Below, in pieces: positions 10,601-20,569 of a stretch of DNA of 64,000 nt (its first letter is position 1; each line of letters opens with the position of its first letter). The DNA is taken from contig JBPCLP010000024.1 in the NCBI GenBank assembly GCA_051003195.1, positions 64,001 through 128,000 on the forward strand, in the 5' to 3' direction. This stretch comes from Candidatus Sumerlaeaceae bacterium (GTDB taxonomy: Bacteria > Sumerlaeota > Sumerlaeia > Sumerlaeales > Sumerlaeaceae). Made by a program: the position numbers and the translations under genes. Under the pieces are notes generated by a model. The model ran no database searches. It had not been told where the DNA came from and worked only from the letters and a program-made list of their open reading frames with translations.

Positions 10601-10928
10601 AATCAGGCCGCAAGTGCCGGACGATATGACATCAGCTGCCGGTCACTACGATTCCATAGCCGGACGAATTGCGAGTGCCTGGACGTTGGACAACGACACG
10701 TTTGAGTTGCGCGTGGAGATACCTGCCAACACCTCGGCCACCGTCGCGATTCCGACTGCTGACGCGAACCAGGTGCGCGAGGCCGACGGTCCTGCGTCCA
10801 GCGCCGAAGGCGTGCACCTGCTCCGCATCGAAACCTCCAACTCGCACGATCCACGCGTGCTGTTCGAAGTCGGCTCCGGTAGCTACCTGTTCCGTGCGCC
10901 AATGGCCAGAACGAAGCGGGCGAAATAG
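7677..10928 (+). CDS. Alpha-L-rhamnosidase (GH78)
   Basis: Motifs LRCEY..PLGID...PRLSW, DFGQN, PTDCPHREKNGWTGDA, GATTLWEQW, SRNHIMFG. Confidence 0.92.
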   Translation: MKAIARKLTRGLLLLLMMNGMPARSAPAEASQIRVNNLRCEYLTQPLGIDTTAPRLSWIVSSPGRGEVQSAWQVRVASSREGLEPGPGDLWDSGKVDGAETNQIVYAGKPLVSGQRCWWKVRSWDREGLPTPWSEPAWWEMALLDSTDWKAKWIGTDRKIVPVIGLEGASWIAPADNAPTTEPITYRKTFAMPAGRNVLTARIRFACDQPVHVFCNGKQLGTTSGDWRSLDVFEPGHTLRVGENIIAARLDPGETSVPLIGRIEVISDYGGPIRHNSDKTWSVQRGPVQDEDLSTSTESNGWSPAREICKWGEGDKVPATTPDARVNAHPAPLLRRSFDLKSAPRAARLRVCGMGYHDVYLNGQRVGDHVLDPAYTDYRKRLLYVTHDVTSLLNQGRNAVGVMLGTGWYDVHTLAEWNFDSAWWRATPRVIVQLEIDMEDSSRVVIGSNKQWRVGEGPVVFDSIYEGETYDARSEVQGWSTAEFNDKPWKPATEVDAPRGNLRAQQVQPIRATKTLDAVRVTEPRPGVYLFDFGQNMSGVPVLSIEGPAGTSITMTCGERLKPDGSLELHPIDGFTRKRDMRQRFQADVYILKGGARETWQPRFTYHGFQYVEITGAPFPLVAANLRAKVLHTDVPAVGDFTCSNDLFNRIQHNTLWSYLSNLMGIPTDCPHREKNGWTGDAHLAWHTGNYNFDGAAFYTKWVNDLADAQRPDGDLPGIVPSNGWGYDPWIGPAWDMAYLLIPWYMYEFYGDTRILEEHYDNMKRYVELLRTRTKDGIVTYGLGDWCPAETTTSKTLTSTACLYRDAQILSDTAALLGRTDDVSRYAALADETRTAFNREFLDPTTGLYDNGSQTAQACALYEDLAPPDHRDQILDNLIKAIERSNNHIDTGILGAKYLPNVLMQAGRTDVTYAMFNQRTRPSYGWWIDQGATTLWEQWNGDDSRNHIMFGEIGAWFYKALAGIRCAAPGWKKIEIRPQVPDDMTSAAGHYDSIAGRIASAWTLDNDTFELRVEIPANTSATVAIPTADANQVREADGPASSAEGVHLLRIETSNSHDPRVLFEVGSGSYLFRAPMARTKRAK

Positions 10929-10936
10929 GAACAACG

Positions 10937-11635
10937 TTGACGGCCGCCGTTAAAACTGAATCCGGGAACAAACCCGAGCGGCCCGCGGTGTTCATCGTCA
11001 CGAACCCGGCGAAGTGCTCCGACTGTGCCGTCGAAATATGCGCCGGCGATTCTCTTTTCAAGGAAGGCCCGCGCGTGCTTTGCATGGAATGTGCTGACCT
11101 GGATCACCTCTGGTTTTTGCCGAGCGGCGATGCTGCCCTCACCCGCCGCGCAACGAAATACTCCACCCTGAGCGCGGTTGTACTCAAGTGGAGCCGCTCG
11201 CGAAAACAGTACGAGCGTCAGGGCATTCTGGTGGAAGAACAGGCGATTGAGCGCGCCGAAACCGACTGCCAGGCCGATGCCGAGTTGCGCGAAAGCCGCC
11301 GACGGCGCCAGCAACAAAAACGCCAGCTACAGGACGGCGAGTACGTAACGCAGTTCCAGGCTAACATTCTCACCGAGTTCCCCACCTGCCCACCAGCGGT
11401 GGCGGGCGCAATTGCGCTGCATGCTTGCCGGAAATACAGCGGGCGCGTGGGCAGGTCGGCAGCTGCCAGGCGTTTCGATCCCAAGGCAATTCTTCTGGCC
11501 GTCCGAGCGCATGTCCGCCACAACTTTACAGCGTATGATCATCTGCTTGCGCGCGGAACTCCCCGGCAACTGGCACGGTGTGAGGTGGAGGAAGAGCAGG
11601 AGAAGGTACTGGCGCGCTGGCGCCGCAGATCCTGA
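10937..11635 (+). CDS. DUF2293-like protein with N-terminal Cys4 zinc finger
   Basis: CSDC...CMEC, then SGRVGRS, LAVRAHVRHNFTAYD..LARG. Confidence 0.75.
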   Translation: MTAAVKTESGNKPERPAVFIVTNPAKCSDCAVEICAGDSLFKEGPRVLCMECADLDHLWFLPSGDAALTRRATKYSTLSAVVLKWSRSRKQYERQGILVEEQAIERAETDCQADAELRESRRRRQQQKRQLQDGEYVTQFQANILTEFPTCPPAVAGAIALHACRKYSGRVGRSAAARRFDPKAILLAVRAHVRHNFTAYDHLLARGTPRQLARCEVEEEQEKVLARWRRRS

Positions 11636-11754
11636 GGCTACAGCGGACGTCCTATTAGTTCCAAATTGCGTAACTTGACACGCAATAAGTTCGACTGCCG
11701 TACTTTCCCCGCGTTGCTCACTTTCCTGGTCCCCGGAAAAACCCAGAGGTAAAA

Positions 11755-14703
11755 ATGAAACAGTGTGGATGGATGCCTTTTGCCAGTACTTTGATTGTAT
11801 TTCTATGCACCGTCCAGGTTGCGCCAGCGGCCTTAGTCATCGAAAAGGTACTGCCATTCGCCACGGAGCGCGAACTGCGAGTCCAGGTTGTGTTGAAGAG
11901 CGATAAACCCGGCGTGATCGACGTCGTTGGTAAAATCGTACCAGCAACCCCACAATCAGATGCGGCATTCTGGGAGGGGTCCCTGGGTAATCCGGCGGCA
12001 AGCGCGGGCGCTCCGATCCTTGTCGAGCAGACCATCCGCGAATTGCGGCCGAAACTCTGGTCACCTGGATCCCCCAACCTTTACAATCTCGTCATCAGCG
12101 CAAAGCAGGGAAGTGACAGCGTCCAGGGCCAGCCGCTGCGCTTTGGCTTTCGCTCCGTCACCACAAAGGAAGGACAAATTCTACTCAACGGTAAACCGAT
12201 TTTTCTTAAAGGCATCGCCATCAATCCGCCCGGCCGTGATATACCCGATGACGTTGGCTACAGCCGCCAGTTTGCATATGAATACGTGCGATACTTGCGA
12301 TCGCAGAACGTAAATCTGATCAGGATGACCTTCGACTTCAAACGCGAAGATCGCCAGCAGGTGTGGTTTGATGCCTGCGACGAACTTGGAATGATGGTCA
12401 ACCAGGGCTGCTACGGTGGTCCTCCCGGCCTTGGGAAAAAAGGACCTTCCTTCGACCCGGAGGAGCAGCAGGATCTCTTCGCCGGCAAAAGCCCCAACGC
12501 GCCTCAAACCAGCAAGAGCGCGCCGCCAACGGAATTTGAAACCTCGGTAAAAGCGTACATTGATGTCTTTGAGACGTATGTGCGCCATCCATCTGTTGTC
12601 ATTTACATCCTGTCCAACGAGTTGCCCGGCCCTGTCGGGTCCAAACCAGAGTGGCATGACTACCTGACAAAAGTCGATGCGCGCATCAACATGTGGGATC
12701 CCACCAGGATTGTTATAGGCAACGCTGGGTACGGCCTTGGTCGCGAAGGCGACATTAACGACATTCATCGCTATTGGGGCTGGTACTATAACTCCTTCCT
12801 CACATACTTTAATCTACGCGACACCGTCACCTTGTTCGGCGCGTCGACGGATAAACAGCCGTTTACATTCAGCGAATGTGTCGGATCGTTTACCTCGCCG
12901 CTGGGTCCCTTCAATTCAATCTTCCGGAAGCAGCTCGCCCCTCAGCTCGGCTGGACCGGCCACTCGGGCGATCAGGCAAAGGAGGCGCTCGCTTACCAGT
13001 CCTTTATGATTAAGCACGCGGTGGAATCCTTTCGCACCATGCGAGAACAGAACCACCGCATTGCCGGCCTCATGCCATTCAGTATCATGTTTTTCAACTG
13101 GGAAGGCATCCGCTCTTTCGATCAAATGAAGCCGAAGCCCGCCTTGGAACAAATGGGGGTCTCGTACTCTCCCGTGCTGACGAGCATCGAGTTGTGGACG
13201 CCGCAAGTATACGCAGGCAGTAAGATTCGCCCGGTGATTCATGTGGTGAATGACGCGGAAGACTTTTCCGACCTCTCCGATGCACTACTGAAGGTCGAGT
13301 TGGAAGCGCCCGGAAAAACTGCCGCCTGGAGCAACACATACCCACTGCCAAAGCTCGACTATTTCGCAGCGCGCGGCTTCACGATTGACGTAGAACTTCC
13401 CAGCCTTGCCACCGGCGATTATGTGCTTCGTGCAACGGTGCAGAAAAACGGTAAGGCTATTTCTCAAAACTGGGAGACGATATATATTAGCGCTCCCAGA
13501 ACGGTTCCGGCAAATGCGTCCACAGCTCCACTCCCGATTTTTGACCCACGCGGAGCTACGGTCAATGCCCTTTCTGCATTGGGAATCCGCACGCAACTGC
13601 TTACCGATCTGCAAACGATTCCATCCGCTGCCACGCACCTGATCATCGCGGAAGAAGCCTTCTCTGCGTCGACGCCTCTTCCGGCCGTCAAGAACTTCGT
13701 CGCCCGCGGTGGACGTGTGCTCTGCCTTGCGCAAAACGCCGCGAAATTTGACGCAGCATGGCTGCCGTCGAAGATTCAGATGTTACAAGGAACAGCGACC
13801 GATCCTACTTATACTCCTAAAATCCGCCCTACAGCCGACCAGCAAAACATCAATCCCGAGCGTCCATGGCATCCGGTGTTCAACGGTATTGGCCGTGAGC
13901 GACTGCGGCTGTGGTCAGACTATACCGGTTGGGATCAGTCTAAGAAGGGCTTTCCAAAGGTATACCCTGTGACGCATGGCTTTAAGTTGCTGGACGACAA
14001 GGACCTGGGGAAAACTGCCATTCTTGCTGATTATGACAGGGGGCTCGAGGGAATCGCGATCGCCGAGATGTTTGAAGAGAAGGGCTCTGTCGTGTTTACC
14101 GGCCTCGACCTTGTCAATCGCGCCGGACTCGATCCTGTGGCCGACCAGATGCTGGTCAACCTCGTCTCCTACCTGGGCGCCGCGGAACATGAGGTGCTCC
14201 CGTTGATCGAGAAGCCGATCACGTGGGGTGACTACCCGACGGAGCGCGGCGTGCTGACCGGGCCAATTCATGGGCTCATCTATAACTGCCGCTGGATGCC
14301 GCCGCCAACTGCCCCCGGTGCAAAGCCGTATCCTGATAACACCGGCGCGTGGAACACGCATCCCGGTAACCCGTTCCTGCCAAAAGGTGTTCGGCCATTT
14401 GGTCCGTACACATGGTCGACTGGAGCAAGTCCGCGCGAAGAATCGAAGGACAAAACTGGCACCGGAGTTTTTCACTGCCGCGTTCCTGATGGGCGAAAAT
14501 TCGTGCAGACCAAAGTCGAGAACACCCAGGCCGAACCACTAACGTTGCATGTCAGTGTAAACGGTGCACCTGCGCAAGCTACGAACGTTGCGCCGGGGAA
14601 GGCGATCACAGTTCGTACTCCCATCGGCGGCGGTACTTCGCACTTATCGGTGCGATATACCGGCGACAAACAGCTCGTGATACTGGAGACTGCGTTTCAG
14701 TAG
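11755..14703 (+). CDS. Glycoside hydrolase family 2-like TIM-barrel protein, secreted
   Basis: Motifs PKLWSPGSPNLY, FGFRSV, LNGKPIFLKG, DACDELGMMV, HPSVVIYILSNE. Confidence 0.8.
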   Translation: MKQCGWMPFASTLIVFLCTVQVAPAALVIEKVLPFATERELRVQVVLKSDKPGVIDVVGKIVPATPQSDAAFWEGSLGNPAASAGAPILVEQTIRELRPKLWSPGSPNLYNLVISAKQGSDSVQGQPLRFGFRSVTTKEGQILLNGKPIFLKGIAINPPGRDIPDDVGYSRQFAYEYVRYLRSQNVNLIRMTFDFKREDRQQVWFDACDELGMMVNQGCYGGPPGLGKKGPSFDPEEQQDLFAGKSPNAPQTSKSAPPTEFETSVKAYIDVFETYVRHPSVVIYILSNELPGPVGSKPEWHDYLTKVDARINMWDPTRIVIGNAGYGLGREGDINDIHRYWGWYYNSFLTYFNLRDTVTLFGASTDKQPFTFSECVGSFTSPLGPFNSIFRKQLAPQLGWTGHSGDQAKEALAYQSFMIKHAVESFRTMREQNHRIAGLMPFSIMFFNWEGIRSFDQMKPKPALEQMGVSYSPVLTSIELWTPQVYAGSKIRPVIHVVNDAEDFSDLSDALLKVELEAPGKTAAWSNTYPLPKLDYFAARGFTIDVELPSLATGDYVLRATVQKNGKAISQNWETIYISAPRTVPANASTAPLPIFDPRGATVNALSALGIRTQLLTDLQTIPSAATHLIIAEEAFSASTPLPAVKNFVARGGRVLCLAQNAAKFDAAWLPSKIQMLQGTATDPTYTPKIRPTADQQNINPERPWHPVFNGIGRERLRLWSDYTGWDQSKKGFPKVYPVTHGFKLLDDKDLGKTAILADYDRGLEGIAIAEMFEEKGSVVFTGLDLVNRAGLDPVADQMLVNLVSYLGAAEHEVLPLIEKPITWGDYPTERGVLTGPIHGLIYNCRWMPPPTAPGAKPYPDNTGAWNTHPGNPFLPKGVRPFGPYTWSTGASPREESKDKTGTGVFHCRVPDGRKFVQTKVENTQAEPLTLHVSVNGAPAQATNVAPGKAITVRTPIGGGTSHLSVRYTGDKQLVILETAFQ

Positions 14704-14720
14704 CACCGGCACCGGTGTCC

Positions 14721-17700
14721 TTACTCCAGCTTTAGTACCAGGTCTACTGGCTGATGGGCGACGACACTTGTGTTGCCCTTGACCGGAGTTTTGCCCGACG
14801 ACATTGCTGTGGCCGAATACGTGCCGGGGTACAGCCCACGAATAACCCAAAGGCCCGAGCCATCCGTTTTCCCGCGTCGCGGTTGCTCTATTGATTTCGG
14901 GTCGTCTGGAGTAAGCGTGCAGTCGGCATTCGCAACCGGTCCACCATTTGCATCCTGAACAGCTAAACGCACAGCTCCTGCCTCGTAAAGTACGTCCTCA
15001 ATATTTACCGTTTTACCAGCTTCGATCGTGACCTGGCGCTCCGAAACTGCGAAGCCGAACGAGCTCACCTGTACGCGATACGTGGCTGCGGGAATGTCCT
15101 TAATCGTCATGACTCCGTCGTCGCCGCGCTGGTCGCTGGTGCTCAGCTTTTCATCACCATTCCACAGGATGCACCACGCCTCCTTGATGGGCCCGCCTGT
15201 AGTCATGTTCAGCGCAGTCGAAACCAGCGTGCCCGTTTCAATCGGCTGCAACGTAAGTGTGACCTTCTCGGAGGAGCCTTCTTCCGGAACCTCAACACCT
15301 TCCGCCTTTGCTTTGCCCGTCGCCTTTTTCTCCGCTACAACTGTGTACTTGCCGGGTTCCATGTCTGGCAGTTCGAATGCCCCATCAATGCCGGTGTGCA
15401 CTCCGCGACCGCTGTTATAATTACCGGGAAGCACGTCGTTCCACGCCGCATACTGCGACCTCAGAACTTTTGCCGAGACGCCTGCGCCCGCCACCGGCTT
15501 TCCGTCTGGATCCAGTACGATCCCAACTATTTTCCCCGATGCCAGTATAAACGTTTTTTCGACCGTCCCCGTGTCGGGAAGCTGCACGGTATCCGTTTTG
15601 TACCCGTGGGTCTGGGAGTTAATGGATATATTCCATTTGCCAGGCGAGAGACTCGTCAGCTCAAAGCGGCCATCGCTGTCGGTAGAGACGTTCCGGTTAA
15701 GTCTCTGCGCATAGGAACCCTGCTGGAGGCTGATACTCGCCTCCACTGGCACGTTTGAATGAAGCACCTGTCCCTTCAGCGTTACACTCCCCAGCCGAAT
15801 CGTTACCTCTTTCGATTCGGAAGCTTCGAGTATGACGCTGAGATTAGCGTTCCGTCCTGCGTTGAGACTGTAGTGGTCGTTTGGCAGCTTGATGAATTCA
15901 AAAGCTCCGTTTGCGCCTGAAACAACGGTTTTGGATACGCCGCTTCGATTTCCCGTTAAACTGATGCGCGTGCCCCCTACAGGCTTATCGCCCGGCATGC
16001 GCACAACGCGGCCCAGGATGCGTGCTCCTGTATCCAGGCCTACATCGCCCATATCGGCCGGCGTCCCCGTCTCGACGGCAACATCGAGATAGAGGGGTGA
16101 GTACGGATCAGAAGGTTTGAAGGATACCGTATTGTTGCCGGCCGCAGCACCCGGCAACTCGAAACGGCCGTCGCTGGCACTAGTGGTCTGAGCCGGCTGC
16201 TGCCTTTCCTGCCCGCCCATGTAATAGGCATAGTTCTGCTGAATACCGATCAACGTGACTTCCACGTTCGCGAGCGGCTGTTTCGTCTCCTTGTCGACGA
16301 CCCGACCCCGGACCACGGAGGCCGGTGCGAGGTGAAAAGTCTGCTCTGCTGGGTTTTTGCCGTTCAGATTCACGCGCTCAGTAACAGCGACATAGCCCGG
16401 CGCAGCGATGGTGATATTTGAGAGTTCCCGCCCCGATTTGACCAGAACGCGGAATTGGGACGGATTTTCTGCGACCTTTTCTACAGTCGGCCCTTTCACC
16501 TCGAAGTCCGTAATCGGGCGCTCGGTCGTTCTTTCCAGCACCGTGCCGATAAAGGTAATTGTCTTTTGTTCGCCGAGCGTGAAGTTCACATCTGGATTGC
16601 TCAGCTGGATTCCATCTTTGCTCTCGCTCTTATACGTAGAATGCGAAGCGGACAGGCTCATGAGTGTTCGTGGAAGCTTCTCGAGCCGGTACCGACCCGC
16701 GGAATCCGTCTCCGTCGTAAACATTTCCACACTGCCACCCATTCGCGCATCGGCACGCACCGCCGCACCTGCCAGCGGCTGCTGTGCTTCGTTGGTGACT
16801 ATGCCTGCGACGTAGCGCGGATTTTCAACCATGAGTCGCAATCCCGATGTCGTTTCGGCTGCTGCCAGTCTGAAACGCTGAGGGAAGCTTTTGAGATATC
16901 CCTCCGCAGTGGCAACTAGCTCCATTTCCCCTGGCCGAACGATCGGGATAGAGAACGCACCTTTCAAATCCCCCTTCGCCTGGGCGAGCGACTTACCACT
17001 GGCGTTGAAAGCCATGAGTTCCCTATTGTAGGTTCGATCGTCCCGCGGCTGCAGAGCCTCCACGACGGCATTTGGGACCGGTGTGCCTTCCTCTGTGACA
17101 ACGGTGCCCCGAATGCGCGCACCTTGCTTCAACACAATCTTCGTACCCGTGACCGATTCGTCGCCGATCTCGAATGCGGCCTCGACCGAGGGGAAGTCCG
17201 GAGCCTCTGCTACTAGCGCCACACTGGACAATGGAGAGACGAGCAACTCGAATTTTCCAGATGAATCCACGGCCTGCTTGATGGGCTTTTCCTGCGTGCG
17301 GCTGGCTGCCTTCGCAACGGTGCCATTGGTAACAGGCATTCCATCTTCCGTTACCACATTACCTGACAACGTAACTTGCGGTAGCATGTCGATCGTGCGG
17401 CTGAGATTGAAGTCTTCCTTCGGAAGCATCAGCTCCAGGCCGTTATCAACGCCGCTGCCCTGCGCTGTTGCCTTATAGCCTTCACCATCGCATACGCTGT
17501 AACCTGCAAGGCTGGCCCTCAGGTATGCACGGTCATTTCCATACGGGAATAGATTCTCCAGGTGAAATTGCCCGCTCGCATCGCTTTCGATAGAGCTGCT
17601 CTTTCCCGGGGCATTCGTTACGAGCGAGCTGACAACCGCGCCTGCCAGCGGTTTAAAAGTCTTACCGTCACGAAGGAAACCTGTGAGCGTATAGCCGCTG

Positions 17701-18818
17701 TATAGATACAGGTCTTGCCCGCCACTCGTTTCATCACCACGTATTTTTAGAGCTTTAACCTCGCCCGACTTCGGGTTGTAGCTTCGCAGTGGCGGCAGGT
17801 CGGCGGACGCTGCGTAGTCGCCTGCCGGAACGTTACGTAGTTCATATCGGCCCGATGCGTCGCTCACTGCCGTAGCGCCAGCCCCAAGCAGCCTGAAGTC
17901 GTCTTTCCCTGTAAATTGAAGATAGGTGACGGTGGCTCCAGCGACAGGTTCAGCCGTCTCCTTCCGTACCACCCTACCACTCATGCTGGCGCCATTCACT
18001 GGTAGGACGATTCGAACACCAGTACCAGGCGCTTTTGCGGAGTGCGTTGCAAATCCGTGCCCGTCTGCCGACGCGACAAAAGCCAGCTCGGTTGCAGAAA
18101 AATCATCAATGCGAAAGTGTCCGTCTGCCGTAGTAGACGTAATCGCATTCTGATGCATAACGTCTCCCTGCTGTGGCCGCTTATCTGTAGTTGGCCGCGC
18201 CTTTACGATCGCGCCAGCTACAGGCTTTCCAGCGCCATCAATCACCATTCCCTCAACCGGCGCAGCCGGTTTGAGCTGGAAATCGCGGGACTCCTGCCGC
18301 GCGGCTGTCATCAGCGGAGAAACGCCACGATTTAAATCCATCGAAACAACCCCGAAGCCGCTTTTACGTGCCTCTAATACATAGATTCCCTGCTCCAGGC
18401 GGGCAATATTGTACTGACCCTGTTCGTCCGCGACTGTCTCGGCGAGCGCCGGCAGGTTCTCCAACGGGCGAAAGGCTGAGTAAGCTGAGAAAGCGCGAAG
18501 TGTGACAGTCGAGCCCGCGGCGGGAGAACTGTCCTCCAGCGTTACACGTCCCGTCACCGTCAGGTAGGGCGCTGAGTTGTTCTCAAGTCTTAACCCCGCA
18601 GTACGTGAGGTCGGCAGCGTCGTTGTCGCGTGTCTCGGGCGCCCCGCAATCGCGCCGACCTTGGTTTCTTTGGCAGTAGTGTCGTCGGTCCTGGTTGCGG
18701 GAGTTGCGTCCGATCCCGCACTGGGTCGGTTCTCACGGCAGCCCGGAAGAATCAGCATCACCAAAATCGCCACGGCTCCGAACCCAAAAGTTGCGACTCC
18801 ACTGCTTGTGGTTTTCAT
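14721..18818 (-). CDS. Large lipoprotein with tandem carboxypeptidase-regulatory-like (beta-sandwich) domains
   Basis: Lipobox-like LILPGC after ATG 18818; more than 10 repeats of G-x-V...G-x-P-V-A-G-A-x-V...T-D-x-x-G-x-F/Y. Confidence 0.8.
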   Translation of the reverse strand: MKTTSSGVATFGFGAVAILVMLILPGCRENRPSAGSDATPATRTDDTTAKETKVGAIAGRPRHATTTLPTSRTAGLRLENNSAPYLTVTGRVTLEDSSPAAGSTVTLRAFSAYSAFRPLENLPALAETVADEQGQYNIARLEQGIYVLEARKSGFGVVSMDLNRGVSPLMTAARQESRDFQLKPAAPVEGMVIDGAGKPVAGAIVKARPTTDKRPQQGDVMHQNAITSTTADGHFRIDDFSATELAFVASADGHGFATHSAKAPGTGVRIVLPVNGASMSGRVVRKETAEPVAGATVTYLQFTGKDDFRLLGAGATAVSDASGRYELRNVPAGDYAASADLPPLRSYNPKSGEVKALKIRGDETSGGQDLYLYSGYTLTGFLRDGKTFKPLAGAVVSSLVTNAPGKSSSIESDASGQFHLENLFPYGNDRAYLRASLAGYSVCDGEGYKATAQGSGVDNGLELMLPKEDFNLSRTIDMLPQVTLSGNVVTEDGMPVTNGTVAKAASRTQEKPIKQAVDSSGKFELLVSPLSSVALVAEAPDFPSVEAAFEIGDESVTGTKIVLKQGARIRGTVVTEEGTPVPNAVVEALQPRDDRTYNRELMAFNASGKSLAQAKGDLKGAFSIPIVRPGEMELVATAEGYLKSFPQRFRLAAAETTSGLRLMVENPRYVAGIVTNEAQQPLAGAAVRADARMGGSVEMFTTETDSAGRYRLEKLPRTLMSLSASHSTYKSESKDGIQLSNPDVNFTLGEQKTITFIGTVLERTTERPITDFEVKGPTVEKVAENPSQFRVLVKSGRELSNITIAAPGYVAVTERVNLNGKNPAEQTFHLAPASVVRGRVVDKETKQPLANVEVTLIGIQQNYAYYMGGQERQQPAQTTSASDGRFELPGAAAGNNTVSFKPSDPYSPLYLDVAVETGTPADMGDVGLDTGARILGRVVRMPGDKPVGGTRISLTGNRSGVSKTVVSGANGAFEFIKLPNDHYSLNAGRNANLSVILEASESKEVTIRLGSVTLKGQVLHSNVPVEASISLQQGSYAQRLNRNVSTDSDGRFELTSLSPGKWNISINSQTHGYKTDTVQLPDTGTVEKTFILASGKIVGIVLDPDGKPVAGAGVSAKVLRSQYAAWNDVLPGNYNSGRGVHTGIDGAFELPDMEPGKYTVVAEKKATGKAKAEGVEVPEEGSSEKVTLTLQPIETGTLVSTALNMTTGGPIKEAWCILWNGDEKLSTSDQRGDDGVMTIKDIPAATYRVQVSSFGFAVSERQVTIEAGKTVNIEDVLYEAGAVRLAVQDANGGPVANADCTLTPDDPKSIEQPRRGKTDGSGLWVIRGLYPGTYSATAMSSGKTPVKGNTSVVAHQPVDLVLKLE

Positions 18819-18982
18819 GCTCAGCGTCTCCAGGTAATACCAGTGAAAACGGCAGGCTGATAGGCGTGAAATCCGAAGTAAACAGTCTTTACTTACATGA
18901 GCTGTATTCGGTCCGCTTTTCTCCGCCACTGTATGTAGCCCAAGTCTGGACATTGTGGTTTTTGCCCTCCAAACTCGATCTC

Positions 18983-20428
18983 ATGAACAGTAAAATATGG
19001 TATTTCCGAGTTCGGAGATCGTCGCGCGAGGCTGGTCGCGAATGCGCAACGCTCCTGGTGCTTTTGCTCACGCTAATTCATCTGTCGGTGCCCGGCCTTA
19101 TCCATGCGACCACCGGCACACTTTCCGTTCGCGATTACGGCGCAGCGGGTGACGGAGTAAAAGACGATACCGTAGCTTTTCAGAGCGCGATGGATGATGC
19201 CCACACCGGTGGCGGAGGGATCGTGTCGGTTCCGGCAGGCAGATATCTTATCGCCACACACCTTCGGATCCCGGCGTCGGTCACCCTGGAAGGCGTCTGG
19301 CGTACTCCCCCTTCGGCGCGAAGATACCATGATCCACAAGATCCCGCGGGAGGACCCGAGCTGACTGGAAGCATCCTGCTTGCGGTTGAAGGCGCGGGCA
19401 ATCCCCAAGGCATCCCATTCATTACTCTGATCCAGAATTCGACGCTCAAGGGCATCACCATCTTCCATCCAAAGCAGACAAAGACAAACCCGCCTGTCGC
19501 TTACCCGTGGACCGTTGGACTGGAAGGCGGGGACAACTGTGGCATTGTCGATGTGTTGATGGTGAACCCGTACATGGCGGTGGATTTCGCGAGTAAACCC
19601 TCAGGTCGGCATTTCATCCGTAACCTCTACGCGCAGGCGATCTACCGTGGCTTGGCAGTCGACCGTTGCCTCGATATCGGGCGAATCGAGAACATCCACT
19701 TCTGGCCGTTCTGGACTGCCGGGGATGGCGAAAGCCCGGTTGGCAAATTCACGCTGGAGAAAGGCGAGGCATTCATCTTCGGCCGCACGGACTGGGAATA
19801 CGTTACCAACTGCTTCGCGATCAGCTACGCGGTTGGTATGCGTTTCGTCAAAGGCAGCGAGGCGGCGCCGATGGCAGGGCCCGGAAATGTTCTGCTGACC
19901 CAGAGCGGCGCTGATATGTGCCGCGTGGCCGTTCAGGTCGACGAGTGTCAGTCGCACGCGGGAATAAGTTTCTCAAACTCGCAAATCTATGGTGATGTGA
20001 TCGTGAACAAAACCAACGCGGGCATGGTGCGTTTCGATAGCTGTGGCCTGTTCGGCAGTATCCACGGCACCAACAATACTGCCCTGGCGCGTATTGAAGG
20101 ACGGGGGCGCGTGTCGTTCAGCAATTGTAGTTTGTACTGCATTGACCCGGCTAACAAGGGCAAGGTGTTGATCAATGCGCTGGGTGGGCGGCTGAGTATT
20201 AATGGATGTGTCTTCATCAACAGCACGGTCACGGTCGCCAATCCCATCCCCATCGTGCTCGAGCCCGACGTCATTTCGGCAGTCATCCTGGGTAATGAGT
20301 TCTATGGGAAGCACGAGATCGTAAACCGTGCGCGCGGTCGTGTGGAGATCGGAAACAACATTTTCGGAACCGACGAGGATCCATACCCCTCCAAACCCGG
20401 AAACTCCACAACTCGCACAGTTCCGTAG
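18983..20428 (+). CDS. Pectate-lyase-superfamily / GH28-related beta-helix protein
   Basis: SVRDYGAAGDGVKDDTVAFQSAMD...GGGIVSVPAGRY signature. Start moved to ATG 18983 to avoid overlap with the divergent gene. Confidence 0.8.
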   Translation: MNSKIWYFRVRRSSREAGRECATLLVLLLTLIHLSVPGLIHATTGTLSVRDYGAAGDGVKDDTVAFQSAMDDAHTGGGGIVSVPAGRYLIATHLRIPASVTLEGVWRTPPSARRYHDPQDPAGGPELTGSILLAVEGAGNPQGIPFITLIQNSTLKGITIFHPKQTKTNPPVAYPWTVGLEGGDNCGIVDVLMVNPYMAVDFASKPSGRHFIRNLYAQAIYRGLAVDRCLDIGRIENIHFWPFWTAGDGESPVGKFTLEKGEAFIFGRTDWEYVTNCFAISYAVGMRFVKGSEAAPMAGPGNVLLTQSGADMCRVAVQVDECQSHAGISFSNSQIYGDVIVNKTNAGMVRFDSCGLFGSIHGTNNTALARIEGRGRVSFSNCSLYCIDPANKGKVLINALGGRLSINGCVFINSTVTVANPIPIVLEPDVISAVILGNEFYGKHEIVNRARGRVEIGNNIFGTDEDPYPSKPGNSTTRTVP

Positions 20429-20569
20429 AGTAGAATAGAGACGCGAGCCCGCTGCTCCTTATTGTCGCCGTTGGTTTAAATGCCGTTTTGTCCTTGCATG
20501 GCTTCTGGTGTGTCCTGAAACTCAGCCCAAAAGACTACGCACTTACTAGAAGAAGGAATTCACTGCATT

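Noticed and set aside
18695..18982. Long N-terminal extensions given by the ORF track (also for 4877, 23514, 34193, 43360, 46524, 47723)
   Set aside because: They overlap neighbouring genes; downstream starts with coupling, RBS or signal peptide fit better.
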